64,000 bases of DNA. Origin: an uncultured Acidobacteriota bacterium (GTDB lineage Bacteria; Acidobacteriota; Thermoanaerobaculia; UBA5066; Gp7-AA6). The notes below the pieces were generated by a model that saw only the letters and a list, made by a program, of their open reading frames with translations, did not search any database and was not told the origin of the DNA. The stretch is from contig CAVXTP010000006.1 in the NCBI GenBank assembly GCA_963764715.1, forward strand, positions 288,001 to 352,000. The letters run 5' to 3'. Both the position numbers and the translations under genes were made by a program. Shown one piece after another: positions 43,418-54,809 of this stretch (its first letter is position 1; each line of letters starts with the position of its first letter).

Positions 43418-45389
43418 AGCCGCAGACCGAAGGTCTTCGTCAGGAAGACGGCCATCTGGCCGCGCGTGTTGGCGCCGTCCGGGCAGTAGTTGCCGCCCCC
43501 GCAGCCGGCGGTCACGCCCTCGGCCGCGAGCTCCTCGATCCACGGGGCGAAGGAGCTCCCCGCCGGAACGTCGGCGAAGACGCCCGCGGCCGGCGGCGGG
43601 ACGTACGCGCTGCCGTGCTTCGCCTTCAGAAGGAAGACCGCCATCTGGGCCCGCGTGACCGTCGCGTTCGGACAGAAATTCGCGCCGCCGCAGCCGGCCG
43701 AGATGCCGCTTTCGGCGAGGTCCTCGATCCAGGCGGCGGCGAAGGCGCCCGGCGGAACGTCGGCGAACATCGTCCCCGTAGCCGCTGGCGGCGCGTAGGC
43801 GCGGCCGAGCTTCGACTTCAGGAGGAAGACGGCCATCTGCGCGCGCGTCACCGAGGCCGACGGGCAGTACGCCGCGCCGCTGCAGCCGGCGGTCACGCCG
43901 TTGTGGAAGAGATTCTCGATCGCCGGGTAGAAGCCGCTCGCGAGCGGCAACGTCCGAAAAGCTCGCCCCGACGTGGAGGGTCCAGACCTTCGCGGCCGTC
44001 AGGTTGACCTTCTCGGTCACGGCGGCGTCCCAGTGGAGGGCCGGGCGCGCGGCGGGATTCGACACGGTGACGCGATAGCAGTTCGCCGTCGCGTCGAAGC
44101 AGCTCGCCGGCGCGCCCGCGGCGGGCGAGCCGTAGCTCGCGGCCGCGTCGACGAGCGTGTACGTCGCGCCGGCCGGACCCGTGAAGTTCGACGCGGCGCC
44201 CGCCAGCGCCGCGCGCGGAGCCTTCGGGGTTCTCCCACGACGGCTCGACGATCGACGGATTCGCCCGGCTCGAGGACGCCGTTCTGGTTCGACGTCCCGC
44301 CCGGACGCGCGTCGACGGCGAGGGCCGGCGAGAGCGGCGGCTTCCAGCCGAGCTGGAGGACCTCGAAGTCGTCCGCCGTGAGCTGCCCGAGCGCCGGGTT
44401 CAGGACGTCGTTGTCCCACCGCTCGTCCCACGTGCCGGAGACGTACATGTCGGTGCCGTTGTCGGCGACGATCATTCCGTAGGTCTTGAGCGCCCGCACG
44501 ATGCGCTGGACGCCGGGGTCGGCGCTCGAGACCTGGACGCCGGGCTTCAGGCGCAGGCGCGCGCCCATCGGGAGCGCCGGCGGGTCCTGGAAGCCGGCCT
44601 GGTGCGACGCCGGGTAAGACGTAGCCCTTCGTGTGGCGCACCGTCATCCGGAAGGCGTGGCGGATCTCTTCGTTCCCGTAGGCCTCGTCGTAGCGGACGA
44701 GCCCCGGCAGGATCGCGAGCCCCGCCGCGTCGGCCGACGTCCAGCCGTCCGGCCGCCGGGCGTTCGACGTCAGGTCGAAGGCCGCGCCCGGAGTACGCCT
44801 GCCAGGTCGAGCCGTCCCACCACACGTTGTAGAGCTCGTAGAGAACGCGGGCGTCGCGGTCGAGGATCAGCACGTGGCGGTCCTCGTCGGCGCGCAGGTC
44901 GACGTTGCCGGGGGCGCCGCCCTCGACCCAGTGCGCCTGCGTGATCGCCTCGTCGGGAATCGGATAGAAGGGATACGAGGTCTCGGTCGAGTGGTCGACG
45001 CCGTCGCTCTCGGACGGCTCCGACGAACTCGACGGCCTTCTTCGACTGGCCCGCGCCCACGACGATGTACGGGAACCCGTAGATGGACACGCCGTCGTCG
45101 AGCGTTCCGCCGAAGTCGGGATGGAGCGGGCCGCACGCCCTCGGCGTCGATGTAGTCGAGGAACGCGGCGGACCCGCCGTCGACGGGCGCGGCGGACACG
45201 TCGACGTTCCACCAGTGGGTCGCCGGAAACAGGGGCAGCGGACCCGGAACGGCGGCCTCGAGCCGCGGCGCGATGTCCGGCGCCGCCGCCGCGCGCGGAA
45301 CGGCCGGCCACTGCGCCCGCGCCGGCGCGGCGAGCGCGGCGAGGCGCGACCAGGGCGGAAAGCGTGCGCCCGCGCGTCAACCGTTTCAT
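43405..45389 (-). CDS. Secreted protein: uncharacterised N-terminal domain + three SLH repeats (multiple frameshifts)
   Basis: DRHVLILD..LYELY..GWTSADAAGLAILPGLVRYDE..ALKTYGMIVADNG; C-terminal [18 protein letters not shown] x3. Confidence 0.75.
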
Positions 45390-45665
45390 GCGGGAATCGT
45401 CCGGAGCCATTATGGGCGCCGCCCGCCTCCCGAAAAACTGTCCCGACAGCCAGCCCGACCGGGGCGCGGGACTCCTGTCCTTCTTCGACCCGGGCGGTCA
45501 GTCGCGCCGGGGGCGCCGAAGGCCTAACCTCTCGGCCACCTTGCAAGATTCAGTTGAATCAGGTGTGACCCAGATCACCTCCCCGCGGTGATCGCACGTC
45601 CCTTAGAATTCGTCCACCCAAAAAATTCAGTTTCGTTTGGCGGCCGTCAGAAAGGACCAGTGCCG

Positions 45666-48198
45666 ATGAGAGAAAGACCCTTTCTCCCAGACCCGGTTTC
45701 CTCTCTCTTCGCGAGAGTCGCCGCGCGCGCGACCGCGACGGTTCTCGCGACCCTCGGACTCCTGTCCGCGGGCATCGCCAGCGCCGACACGACGTTCCAG
45801 CTCGCCTACATGTACGGGACCTCGGGCCCGGCGTCGGGCGGGACGGCCGGTCAACCTCGTCGGCAACAAGTTCCAGCCGGGCGCGACGGTCACGATCGGC
45901 GGCGATCACCGCCTCGTCGAGCGTGACGAACTCGACGCGCATCGGCGCGACGTCGCCGGCCCGCGCGGCGGGCGCGCTCTACGACGTCGTCGTGACGAAC
46001 CCGGGCGATCCGCCGGCCGTCCTGACGAAGGGCTGGTTCGCGGACTTCCTCGACGTTCCGCAGTCGAGCGCGTACCACGCGCCGGTCGAGACGATCATCC
46101 GCGACGGCATCACGTCGGGCTGCGGCGGCGGCAACTACTGCCCCTCCTCGGGCGTGACCCGCGCGCAGATGGCCGTCTTCCTCCTGCGCGCCGAGCACGG
46201 GCCGGCCTACGTGCCCCCGCCGGCGACGGGCACGGTCTTCGGCGACGTCCCCGCCAACTCGTTCGCGGCCGACTGGATCGAGCAGCTCTACGCCGAGGGC
46301 ATCACGGGCGGCTGCCTCGGCGGCTCGCCTCCGATGTACTGCCCGACCTCCTCGGTGACCCGCGGCCAGATGGCGGCCTTCCTCCTGAAGATCTTCCACG
46401 GCACGGGCTACGCGCCCCCGGCGGCGACCGGAGTCTTCTCGGACGTTCCGATCTCGATGCCGCTCGCCCCGTGGATCGAGGAGATGTCGCGCCTCGCGAT
46501 CACGTCGGGCTGCGGCCCCGGCATGTACTGCCCGTCGAACGCCGTCACGCGCGGCCAGATGGCGGTCTTCCTCGCGAAGACCTTCCACCGCAACGAGGCC
46601 ACGCGGTTCCTGCTGCAGGCGACCTGGGGGCCCAAGGACTCGGAGGTCTCGGGCCTGCTCGGCGTCGGATACCTGCCGTGGCTGGCCTCGCAGTTCAGCA
46701 CTGCCGGCTCTCGGGCTACCCGACCCTGCCGCTCGTCCCGGACAACGCTCCGGCCGGCTGCGAGGACGTCCCCTGCCGCCGCGACAACTACTCGACCCAT
46801 CCCCTGCACACGCAGTTCTTCCGGAACGCGATGTACCAGCCCGACCAGCTCCGGCAGCGGGTCTTCTTCGCGCTCCACAAGCTCGACGTCATCTCGACGA
46901 ACACGATCACCAAGCCGTCGCAGTTCGTGCCGTACCTGAACCTGCTGGCGCAGGGCGCCTTCGGGAACTATCGCGACATCCTCGAGGACCTGACGCTCAA
47001 CCCGGCCATGGGCGCGTTCCTCAACATGTCGACGAACACCAAGAACAACCCGAACGAGAACTACGCCCGCGAGATCATGCAGCTCTTCTCGATCGGGACC
47101 GTCCAGCTCAACCAGGACGGCACGCCTCAGATCAACGGGGTGACCGGCTACCCCGCCGACAGCTACGACCAGTCCGTGGTCGACCAGCTCAAGCTCGTCC
47201 TGACCGGCTGGTACATCCCAAACGTCACGGTGACCCTCGCCGGCGACACCGACGACGTCGGCGACTACCTGATCCCGATGCCGATCCACAAGAACGGCTC
47301 GAACGTCGAGGACCGCCACTCGACCGTCGGCAAGGACCTCTTCGTGGGCTTCCTGCCGAACCAGAACGGCGAAGGGGCGCCGACGTCGATCCCGGCGGGC
47401 CAGACCGCGAGCCAGGACCTCCAGATGGCGATCGACGCCCTGTTCAACCATCCGAACGTCGGGCCGTACCTCGCCAAGGAGCTGATCCACTCGCTCGTCA
47501 CGTCGAACCCGAGCCCGGACTACATCGAGCGCGTCGCCGGCTTCTTCAACGACAACGGCTCGGGCCAGCGCGGCAGTCGATCTGGGCGATGGTCAAGGCC
47601 GTGCTGCTCGACCCGGAGGCCCGCGACGCCCCGAGCGACCCGACCTACGGCAAGCTCAAGGAGCCGGCCGCTCTACATGCTCAACGTGCTGCGCGCCTTC
47701 AACGCCATGTCGGCCAACGGCGCCGTCCTCTCCGACGGCTACGTCAACTCGCCCTACGCCCGCGACATGGGCCAGGAAGTGTTCCGGCCGACGACGGTCT
47801 TCTCGTACTTCCCGCAGGACTACTACGCGCCGCCGGCGTCGGCGGGCCTCCTCGGCCCCGAGTTCGGCATCATGGACGCGACGACCGCGTTGAAGCGCGC
47901 GAACTTCATCAACCAGATGACGTTCAACAACGGGATCGCGGTCAACTGCGGAACGAACTCCTGCAACTCGCCCAACGGCACCTCGATCAACCTGTCGGAG
48001 CTGCAGCTGCTGTCGGCGAACCCGACGAACCTCGTCGACCGGCTCAACCGGCTGATGATGCACGGCACGATGTCGGACGACATGAAGAACTCGATCGTCG
48101 CCGCGGTCAACGCGGTCTCCGCCAACAACACGCTGCTGCGCGCGCGGCAAGCGCTATACCTGGTCGCGACCTCGTCGCAGTTCCAGGTCCAGAGGTGA
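45666..48198 (+). CDS. DUF1800-family protein with N-terminal IPT/TIG and three SLH repeats (frameshifted)
   Basis: SLH x3, RFLLQATWGP, DQLRQRV, PNENYAREIMQLFSIG, HPNVGPY, LVTSNPS, GKLKEP. Confidence 0.88.
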
Positions 48199-48202
48199 GG
48201 CC

Positions 48203-49657
48203 ATGACGCAATCCCGACGCGACTTCCTCGTCCGGACGACCTGCGCCGCGCTGTCGGCGTCGGCGATCCAGGGCACCGTCCGCCAGTGGGGCCTGGCGAA
48301 CCTGCTCGCCACGCCCAACACGATCACGCCCAACTACCGGGCGCTCGTCTGCGTGTTCTTGAACGGCGGCAACGACAGCAACAACATGGTCATTCCGACC
48401 GACGGGGACAACGTCAGCGGCGCCTACGGCTCGTACCGCGCGGCGCGGCCGACGCTCGCGATCCCGCAGGCGAACATCCTGGCGATCAACAATCCGCCGT
48501 CCATGGGCGGGCAGAAGTTCGGCTTCCATCCCAACATGGCCGAGATGCGGGACCTCTTCAACGCCAACAAGCTCGCGGTCATCCCCAACGTCGGGCCGCT
48601 CGTCGAGCCGACGACCCAGGCCCAGTACATGGCCAACTCGGTCGCCAAGCCCTACGCCCTCTTCTCCCACTCCGACCAGATCCAGGCCTGGCAGTCGGGC
48701 CGCTCGGACGTGAAGATCGGGACGGGCTGGGGCGGCCGCTCGGCCGACGCCGTCGCGGGCTGCAACGGCGGCGGCGCGGGCTTCCCCACCGTCACCTCCA
48801 TCTCCGGCTCGGCCACGTTCTGCGTGGGCCTGAAGCGGCCGCTGTCGATCGGCACCGGGTCGCTGACGAGCGTGCTCGTCCTGAACGGCTTCAACGCCAC
48901 GCCCGAGGCGGTCGCCCGGAAGACCTCGTATGACTTCCTGCGGACGGTCGACAACACGGCCACGATGATCGCCGGCGCGAGCTCGACGACGCAGCAGGCC
49001 CTCGACATCAGCGCCGCCTTCCAGTCGGACCCGACGATCACGACCGTCTTCCCCAACACCTCGCTCGGCAACCAGCTGAAGCAGGTGGCCAAGGTCATCA
49101 AGCTCAACCAGACCTCGCCGGCCGTCAACCTGCAGCGGCAGATCTTCTTCGTCTCGCAGGGCGGCTACGACACGCACCAGGACCAGCTCAACGACCAGGG
49201 CAACAACTTCCTCGCGCTCTCGCAGGCGCTGTCGGCCTTCTACTTCGCGACGGTCGAGCTCGGCCTCCAGGACAAGGTCACGGCCTTCACGCTCTCGGAC
49301 TTCGGCCGCACGCTCGAAGAGTCGGGCGACACCGGCGGCGTCGGCTCGGACCACGGCTGGGGCGGGCACCAGTTCGTCATCGGCGACGGAGTCGTCGGCG
49401 GCAACTTCCACGGGATCGTGAACCCCTCGACCGGCTCGATCTTCCCGGCGCTGCAGAAGGGCGGACCGGACGACACGACGAACAACGCCTCGAACGGCCG
49501 CGGCCGCTGGATCCCGGCCGTGGCGTCGGACCAGTACGGCGCGGCGCTGGCGAAGTGGTTCGGCGTGGCCGACATCGACCTGGGCACGGTCTTTCCGAAC
49601 ATCGGGAACTTCGACCCGCCGCCGTCCTTCATGGCCGCGCCCCCGCCCGGTTGCTGA
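48203..49657 (+). CDS. DUF1501-family Tat-exported protein
   Basis: SRRDFL twin-arginine, ALVCVFLNGGND, LFSHSDQ, GGYDTH, SDFGRT, GSDHGWG. Confidence 0.92.
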   Translation: MTQSRRDFLVRTTCAALSASAIQGTVRQWGLANLLATPNTITPNYRALVCVFLNGGNDSNNMVIPTDGDNVSGAYGSYRAARPTLAIPQANILAINNPPSMGGQKFGFHPNMAEMRDLFNANKLAVIPNVGPLVEPTTQAQYMANSVAKPYALFSHSDQIQAWQSGRSDVKIGTGWGGRSADAVAGCNGGGAGFPTVTSISGSATFCVGLKRPLSIGTGSLTSVLVLNGFNATPEAVARKTSYDFLRTVDNTATMIAGASSTTQQALDISAAFQSDPTITTVFPNTSLGNQLKQVAKVIKLNQTSPAVNLQRQIFFVSQGGYDTHQDQLNDQGNNFLALSQALSAFYFATVELGLQDKVTAFTLSDFGRTLEESGDTGGVGSDHGWGGHQFVIGDGVVGGNFHGIVNPSTGSIFPALQKGGPDDTTNNASNGRGRWIPAVASDQYGAALAKWFGVADIDLGTVFPNIGNFDPPPSFMAAPPPGC

Positions 49658-49669
49658 GTCTTCTTCGAC

Positions 49670-49702
49670 ACGGGGGCGGCCTTCGGGCCGCCCCCGTTCT
49701 TT
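49670..49702 (+). terminator. Rho-independent terminator
   Basis: ACGGGGGCGGCC-TTCG-GGCCGCCCCCGT stem-loop followed by TCTTT. Confidence 0.85.
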
Positions 49703-49725
49703 GAGCTTCCGCGAGTTACCCGACG

Positions 49726-51039
49726 ATGCGCAAAGTCCCCCGCCTCCTGGCCGTCCCGTTCCTCGGCCTCGCCGCGGCCTGGCTCGCCCGCGCCGCGGGA
49801 GCGCCGCCGGCCGGCATCGAGGCTTCGCCGCCGAACCCGGCCGCCGGGCAGCGGGTCCTGTTGCGTGCGCTCTCCCCCGAGCCTGACCCGGGCGCCTGGT
49901 GGGACTTCGGCGACGGCGAGTCCTCCCGGGCCCCGGCCCCCGCCCACGCGTGGGAGGCCCCGGGCGAATACACGATCCGCCTCTCGACGGCGGACGGCGT
50001 GCTCGACTCGCCGATCCTCGTCTCGCCCGCGGACACTCTGCGGCTCCTGCCCGACCACCCCTTCGAGATCACGCTCGAGGCCCGGCACCCCGCGACGGGG
50101 GCCCGCATGGCGGCGCGCGCCCGCGGTGAAGGTGAGCGCTACGGGTGGTTCCGCTTCGACGAAATCGCCGATGACCGGGTCGACGAAGGTCCCGACGTGG
50201 TCGTCAAGGTCGTCGAGGCGGCGCGCGACGGACATTACTGGATCTTCTGGAGCGGGATGACGAGCCTCGACTACACGGTCACGATCCGGGAAGTCGCGAC
50301 CGGCCGCATCGCCGTGCACCGCACCGACCGCGAGGCGGCCGGCGGGGCCGACCTCGAGAGCTTCCCCATGGACGTGCTCGGGCCGCGGGAAACCGCCGCC
50401 ACCGGGAGCCCCCGCGAGGTCGTCCAGGGCCCGCGCCGGGGGCGGCCTCGCATGCTGCCGAACCGCGGGTCGACCGTAACCGCCACCCCGGCCGGGCCGA
50501 CCGTGACGCCGACGACGGTTGCAGGCACTCCCACGCGCACGCCGACGGGGCCGACGCGGACTCCCTCGTCCACGCGGACGCCGTCCCCGACGCCCACCCC
50601 GACCTGGACGCCGACGATCACGCCGACGCCGACCAGCACCGCGACGCCGACGATCACGCTGACTCCGACGATCACGCCCACGCCCGGGCCGCCGTTCATC
50701 GCGCTGCGCGCGGTCCAGTGGCAGTGGGACTTCTGCCCGCCGCCCTACACGTGCCCGGCCGTGTGCACGAACTGCGGCAACGAGATCACGTTGCATGTCG
50801 GCCAGACGTACCAGATCTGGGCGTTCAACGGCGACTTCGAGGACGTCATCGACGTCCACGGCCTGTCGAGCATCTCGGCGATCGGCCTGGTCGGGGGGCA
50901 GCTCCCGCAGGGCACGTCGCTTCCCGTTCAGACCATCACGCCGATGACGACCGGGGACTTCGCCTTCAACTGCACGACGTTCTGCGGAAGCGCCCAGGGA
51001 CACGACGGGATGGTCGGCGTCGTCCACGTCGTCCCCTAG
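49726..51039 (+). CDS. Secreted PKD domain + Thr/Pro linker + CuA-like cupredoxin domain
   Basis: Signal peptide, WDFGDG, (TP)n tract, QWQW..VHGL..CTTFCGSAQGHDGM. Confidence 0.75.
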   Translation: MRKVPRLLAVPFLGLAAAWLARAAGAPPAGIEASPPNPAAGQRVLLRALSPEPDPGAWWDFGDGESSRAPAPAHAWEAPGEYTIRLSTADGVLDSPILVSPADTLRLLPDHPFEITLEARHPATGARMAARARGEGERYGWFRFDEIADDRVDEGPDVVVKVVEAARDGHYWIFWSGMTSLDYTVTIREVATGRIAVHRTDREAAGGADLESFPMDVLGPRETAATGSPREVVQGPRRGRPRMLPNRGSTVTATPAGPTVTPTTVAGTPTRTPTGPTRTPSSTRTPSPTPTPTWTPTITPTPTSTATPTITLTPTITPTPGPPFIALRAVQWQWDFCPPPYTCPAVCTNCGNEITLHVGQTYQIWAFNGDFEDVIDVHGLSSISAIGLVGGQLPQGTSLPVQTITPMTTGDFAFNCTTFCGSAQGHDGMVGVVHVVP

Positions 51040-51120
51040 CCCCCGCGGACCGGCCGCTCCGGGCGGGGACGGCTCCGCAGGGCCGGCCCCGGGGATAGAC
51101 TCCCGCGCATCGGAGGTCCC

Positions 51121-51588
51121 ATGACCGACGCCCGTCTCGGCGAGGACGCCCCGTTTCGCTCGGAGAAGGAGGAGGACGCATGGGACCACCGGGTGCCCGT
51201 GCACATCCGCGTCGGCCCGCCCCGCGTCAATCCCCACGTCGTTCCCCGCGCCGGGACGTCGGGCATGCTCACGAAGGAGGACTTCGTCGTCAGCTTCCTC
51301 GTGGTCTGGCAGCCGTCGCCGATTCCGCCGCCGCACTGGATCAAGCTGCTGCGCGAGGCCCCCTTCGGCTCCGCGCTCGTTCACGCCCGCGACCTCCACT
51401 GGGACGGCCGGCACCTGTCGATCGAGCTCGTCCAGGAGGAGGACGTCGAGGCGTTCGCGCTCGAGATGCCCGGCTGGGTCGACTACGCCAACACCGAGTA
51501 CACCCGGGGCGAGCACCTTCCGTTCGTGGACGCCCTCGAAAACGCACGCGAGCGCGCCAGGGCCCTCGAAAGGCGCCTGCATCGCTGA
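51121..51588 (+). CDS. Hypothetical protein
   Basis: GGAGG RBS, 155-aa ORF with genome-like codon usage. Confidence 0.55.
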   Translation: MTDARLGEDAPFRSEKEEDAWDHRVPVHIRVGPPRVNPHVVPRAGTSGMLTKEDFVVSFLVVWQPSPIPPPHWIKLLREAPFGSALVHARDLHWDGRHLSIELVQEEDVEAFALEMPGWVDYANTEYTRGEHLPFVDALENARERARALERRLHR

Positions 51589-51613
51589 GGCCGCCGTTCC
51601 CGCAAGAGACCCC

Positions 51614-51645
51614 TTGACCCCCGAACCGATTCGGGGGTCTAGACT
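51614..51645 (+). promoter_or_regulatory. MerR-type promoter/operator
   Basis: TTGACC, 20-bp spacer, TAGACT, with inverted repeat GACCCCCGAA-ccga-TTCGGGGGTC (51616-51639). Confidence 0.8.
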
Positions 51646-51651
51646 CCTTCC

Positions 51652-52155
51652 GTGAGCCGATCGACCGATCCCGTCGGGCTGCGTTCCGGCGAGCTCGCAC
51701 GCCGCGCGGGCGTCAGCGCCGACACGCTGCGGGTCTACGAGCGCCGCGGCCTCCTCGCGCCTCCGCGCCGCTCCGGGAACGGGTACCGCATCTACCCGCC
51801 GGAGTCCCTCGAGCGCGTCCTCCTCGTTCAGCGCGCCCTCGCGTTCGGGTTCTCCCTCCTGGAGCTCTCGCGGTTTCTCGCCGCGCGGGCGTCGGGAGGC
51901 GCTCCCTGCCACGACGTGCGCGCGGCCGCGGCCCGGCGGCTCCAGGAGGTCGAGTCCGCGATCGCGGACCTGCGCGACCTGAAGGCTTCGCTCGCCGAGC
52001 TCGTCGCGTCCTGGGACGCGGCGATCTCGACCCGCCCGAGAGCCGGGCGCCACGGCTTCCTCGAGTCCCTTCCCTCCCGGAATCGGCGCGGCGCTGCGGC
52101 CCTGGCCGCCCGCCGCTTCACGCGGCCCAAAGCTCGAACGAAGGAGACACCATGA
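51652..52155 (+). CDS. MerR-family regulator
   Basis: LRSGELARRAGVSADTLRVYERRGLL..RSGNGYRIY; GFSLLEL; PCHDV. Confidence 0.93.
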   Translation: MSRSTDPVGLRSGELARRAGVSADTLRVYERRGLLAPPRRSGNGYRIYPPESLERVLLVQRALAFGFSLLELSRFLAARASGGAPCHDVRAAAARRLQEVESAIADLRDLKASLAELVASWDAAISTRPRAGRHGFLESLPSRNRRGAAALAARRFTRPKARTKETP

Positions 52156-52649
52156 AGCGTCCCGCCTCGATCCTCGGTCTCAGCCTCGCGATCGCCGTTC
52201 CGGCCGCGCTCCGCGCGCAGGAAGCGCATTCCTGCCATGGCGCCGAGGTCGACGCCCGCGGCGACCAGGTCATGGGCTTCGATCACGCGAAGACCACGCA
52301 TCACTTCCTTCTCACGTCCTCCGGCGGAATCATCGACGTCTCGGCCAACGACCCCGACGACGCCGCCAGCCGCGACGCGATCCGGACCCACCTCGAGCAC
52401 ATCGCGGGCATGTTCACCCGGGGCAATTTCGAGGCGCCGATGCTGATCCACGGACGCGTGCCCCCCGGCGTGCCCGAGATGAAGTCCAACCTCGGAAAGC
52501 TCCGGTTCGCGTACGAGCAGACGCCGGCCGGCGGGCGCGTGGTCGTGTCGTCGAAGGATCCGGCCGTCGTTTCCGCCGTCCACGCTTTCCTCAAGTTCCA
52601 GATCGAGGACCACCGGACCGGCGACCCGACCGACGTTCCCGGGAACTGA
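52152..52649 (+). CDS. Exported His/Met-containing hypothetical protein (possible metal binding)
   Basis: Signal peptide; HSCH, MGFDHAKTTHHF, HLEH, MLIH, EDH; coupled to merR. Confidence 0.7.
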   Translation: MKRPASILGLSLAIAVPAALRAQEAHSCHGAEVDARGDQVMGFDHAKTTHHFLLTSSGGIIDVSANDPDDAASRDAIRTHLEHIAGMFTRGNFEAPMLIHGRVPPGVPEMKSNLGKLRFAYEQTPAGGRVVVSSKDPAVVSAVHAFLKFQIEDHRTGDPTDVPGN

Positions 52650-52753
52650 CGCCCCTCCCGCCCCCGTCGCGCGGCCCCCCGGGCTCCGCCCTGATGCAAT
52701 CGGATCAGGCGGAGCCCGCCGTTCGGCGGCACAATGCTCCCCGTCGAATCGCC

Positions 52754-53011
52754 ATGAAGCGGAGCTCAGCGAGCCGTGCGCCCGACCGGGGTCCCGCGCG
52801 CCTGACCCGGCGCGAGCACGAAGTGCTCCTCAAGCTCGCGGAGGGGCTCTCGACGCAGGCGATCGCGGACGCGCTCTACATCTCCCACGTGACCGTGCGG
52901 AACCACGTCGCGCGGATCCTCGTGAAGCTCCAGGTTCACAGCCGGCTCGCGGCCGTGGCGTACGCCCTGCGCAACGGCCTGCTCATCCGCCGCTCGCGGC
53001 CCCGCCGCTGA
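52754..53011 (+). CDS. Stand-alone LuxR-type HTH protein
   Basis: LTRREHEVL..GLSTQAIADALYIS..TVRNHV..KLQVHSR. Confidence 0.88.
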   Translation: MKRSSASRAPDRGPARLTRREHEVLLKLAEGLSTQAIADALYISHVTVRNHVARILVKLQVHSRLAAVAYALRNGLLIRRSRPRR

Positions 53012-53325
53012 CGGGCGCGTTTGTGGACCGTGGCCGCCAAGCCCCAGTGACTGTCCCGACGCACAGTGTTCCCTGTCTGCATAGGACACCGGAGCACCGT
53101 TCCATCGGACAGTTTCGGTCGCAATCGCCGCGCTGAATCAGCTGTATCATTTTTTGAAAGACGGCAATTTCGCCTGCTCAATTCCACGCGCGGCTTCCTA
53201 CAATTGGTATCAAGAGGGACGCTTTACCGGGCCGGCACAGGTGCCGTCGCGGCAAATCGGCTCCCCGGCGAGGACAGCATGCGGGGACCAACATGGGTGA
53301 AGGCGCCGGAGCGCGTTCGACGGGG

Positions 53326-54733
53326 ATGAGCTGGCTTCTTCCCGGACCGTCGTCCCTCCTCGCCGCGGCCTCGACGGCCCACGTCGCGCTCGCGCTCATC
53401 CGGAAACACCAGGCCTCGACCGCCGCCCGGGGCTGGCTCCTCGCCGCCATCTCGGCCGGCTTCGCCGCGACGCCATGGATCTGGGCCTCGCCCCGTGACC
53501 TCGCGATCGGTGCGGCCGCGCACCTGGTCTGGTTCGCGGCCTCCGGAAAGCTCGTGGGCGAACGCCGCGCGTCCGGGCCGCGGCGCGTCGTTCCGACTCC
53601 GGCTCCGGCTCCGGCGCGAGCGATGGCTCCGGCCGCCGCGCCTCCGGCCGCGCCGCGCAAGCCGGCGGGGCCGGTGCAGATCGCCCGTGCTCGCCGTGTT
53701 CGACGAGACGCCGGAGATCCGAACCATTCGCATGGCGCGGCCCGAAGGCTTCGAGTTCCAGGCCGGCCAGTTCCTCACCGTCCAGGTCCAGCTCGACGGG
53801 CGCCCCGCGACGCGCTGCTATTCGATCAGCTCGAGCCCCGACGCGCGCGGCTACCTGGAGATCTCCGTCAAGCGCCAGGGGCGGGTCTCCGGAACGCTGC
53901 ACTCGACGGTGCGCCCGGGCTCGCTGCTCTCGATCCGTCCGCCCGCGGGAGCGTTCGTCTACCCGGCCGGCGACGACCGGCCGATCATCCTCGTGTCCGG
54001 TGGCGTCGGCTGCACGCCGATGATGTCGATGCTGCGCCACGCCGTCTCCCGCGAGCCCGCGCGTCCCGTGTACTACGTCCACTCGGCGAAGACCGAGTCG
54101 GACATCGCGTTTCGCCAGGAGCTCGCCCTCCTCGCCCGCCGGCATCCGCAGGTTCGCGTCGTCCTTGCGCTGACGCGCGCCTCCGACGCCGGCGCCCATT
54201 ACCCGGGCCGCATCGACGAGAACCTGCTGCAGGAAGTCGTCCCCTCGCCGACCGAGTCGCTCTTCTACGTCTGCGGACCGACGCCGATGATCTCGGGCGT
54301 CAAGGAGACTCTGGCGCGGATGGGCGTGCCCTCCGCCCAGGTGCGCAGCGAAGCCTTCGAGGCCGCGGTCGCGGCCTCGCGTGCTTCGGCCATGACGGCG
54401 CCTGCCCCCGCTCCCGCGGCCGTCTCCGCGGGCGGGCCTGAGCTCGTCGCCGTGCGGCGCGCCGCTCCGGCGGCGGCGGTGTGCCTGCGCCTGGCGAAGA
54501 GCGGCAAGACCGCGTCGGTGTCCCGCGACCAGAGCCTGCTCGAGGCCGCGGAAAGCGCCTCGGTCGAGATCCCCAACCTCTGCCGCGCCGGGACCTGCGG
54601 GACCTGCCGGACGCGCCTCGTCTCGGGCGACGTCGAATGCGCGGCCGACGTCATGGACGACGAGGACCGGCGGGGCGGCTACGTCTTCCCGTGCGTCGCA
54701 TGGGCCAGGAGCGATTGTGTCCTCGAAGCCTGA
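53326..54733 (+). CDS. Membrane-anchored FNR-type flavin reductase with C-terminal 2Fe-2S ferredoxin (frameshift near 53685)
   Basis: N-terminal hydrophobic segments; RCYSISS, GRVS, SGGVGCTP, YVCGP; CRAGTCGTC..C. Confidence 0.88.
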
Positions 54734-54809
54734 GACGCGTCCCCCCGCCCGGCCCCCCGCCGGAGGCCCCCCGGCTCCGGCGCGCGTGCGCCCGCAGGAA
54801 TGGTTTCCG

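Noticed and set aside
45547-45560. GATTCA-gt-TGAATC palindrome between divergent SLH genes
   Set aside because: Single short occurrence with no adjacent regulator; insufficient support.
49240-52053. Long antisense or alternate-frame ORFs (e.g. 937 aa here, 1521 aa at 57262, 694 aa at 7493)
   Set aside because: Arg/Pro/Gly-rich shadow frames expected at high GC, overlapping well-supported genes.
53326-54733. Reductase as the missing partner of the Rieske oxygenases
   Set aside because: The domain type is compatible, but it lies over 35 kb away, has a membrane anchor and heads the cytochrome operon. Not excluded, but unsupported.
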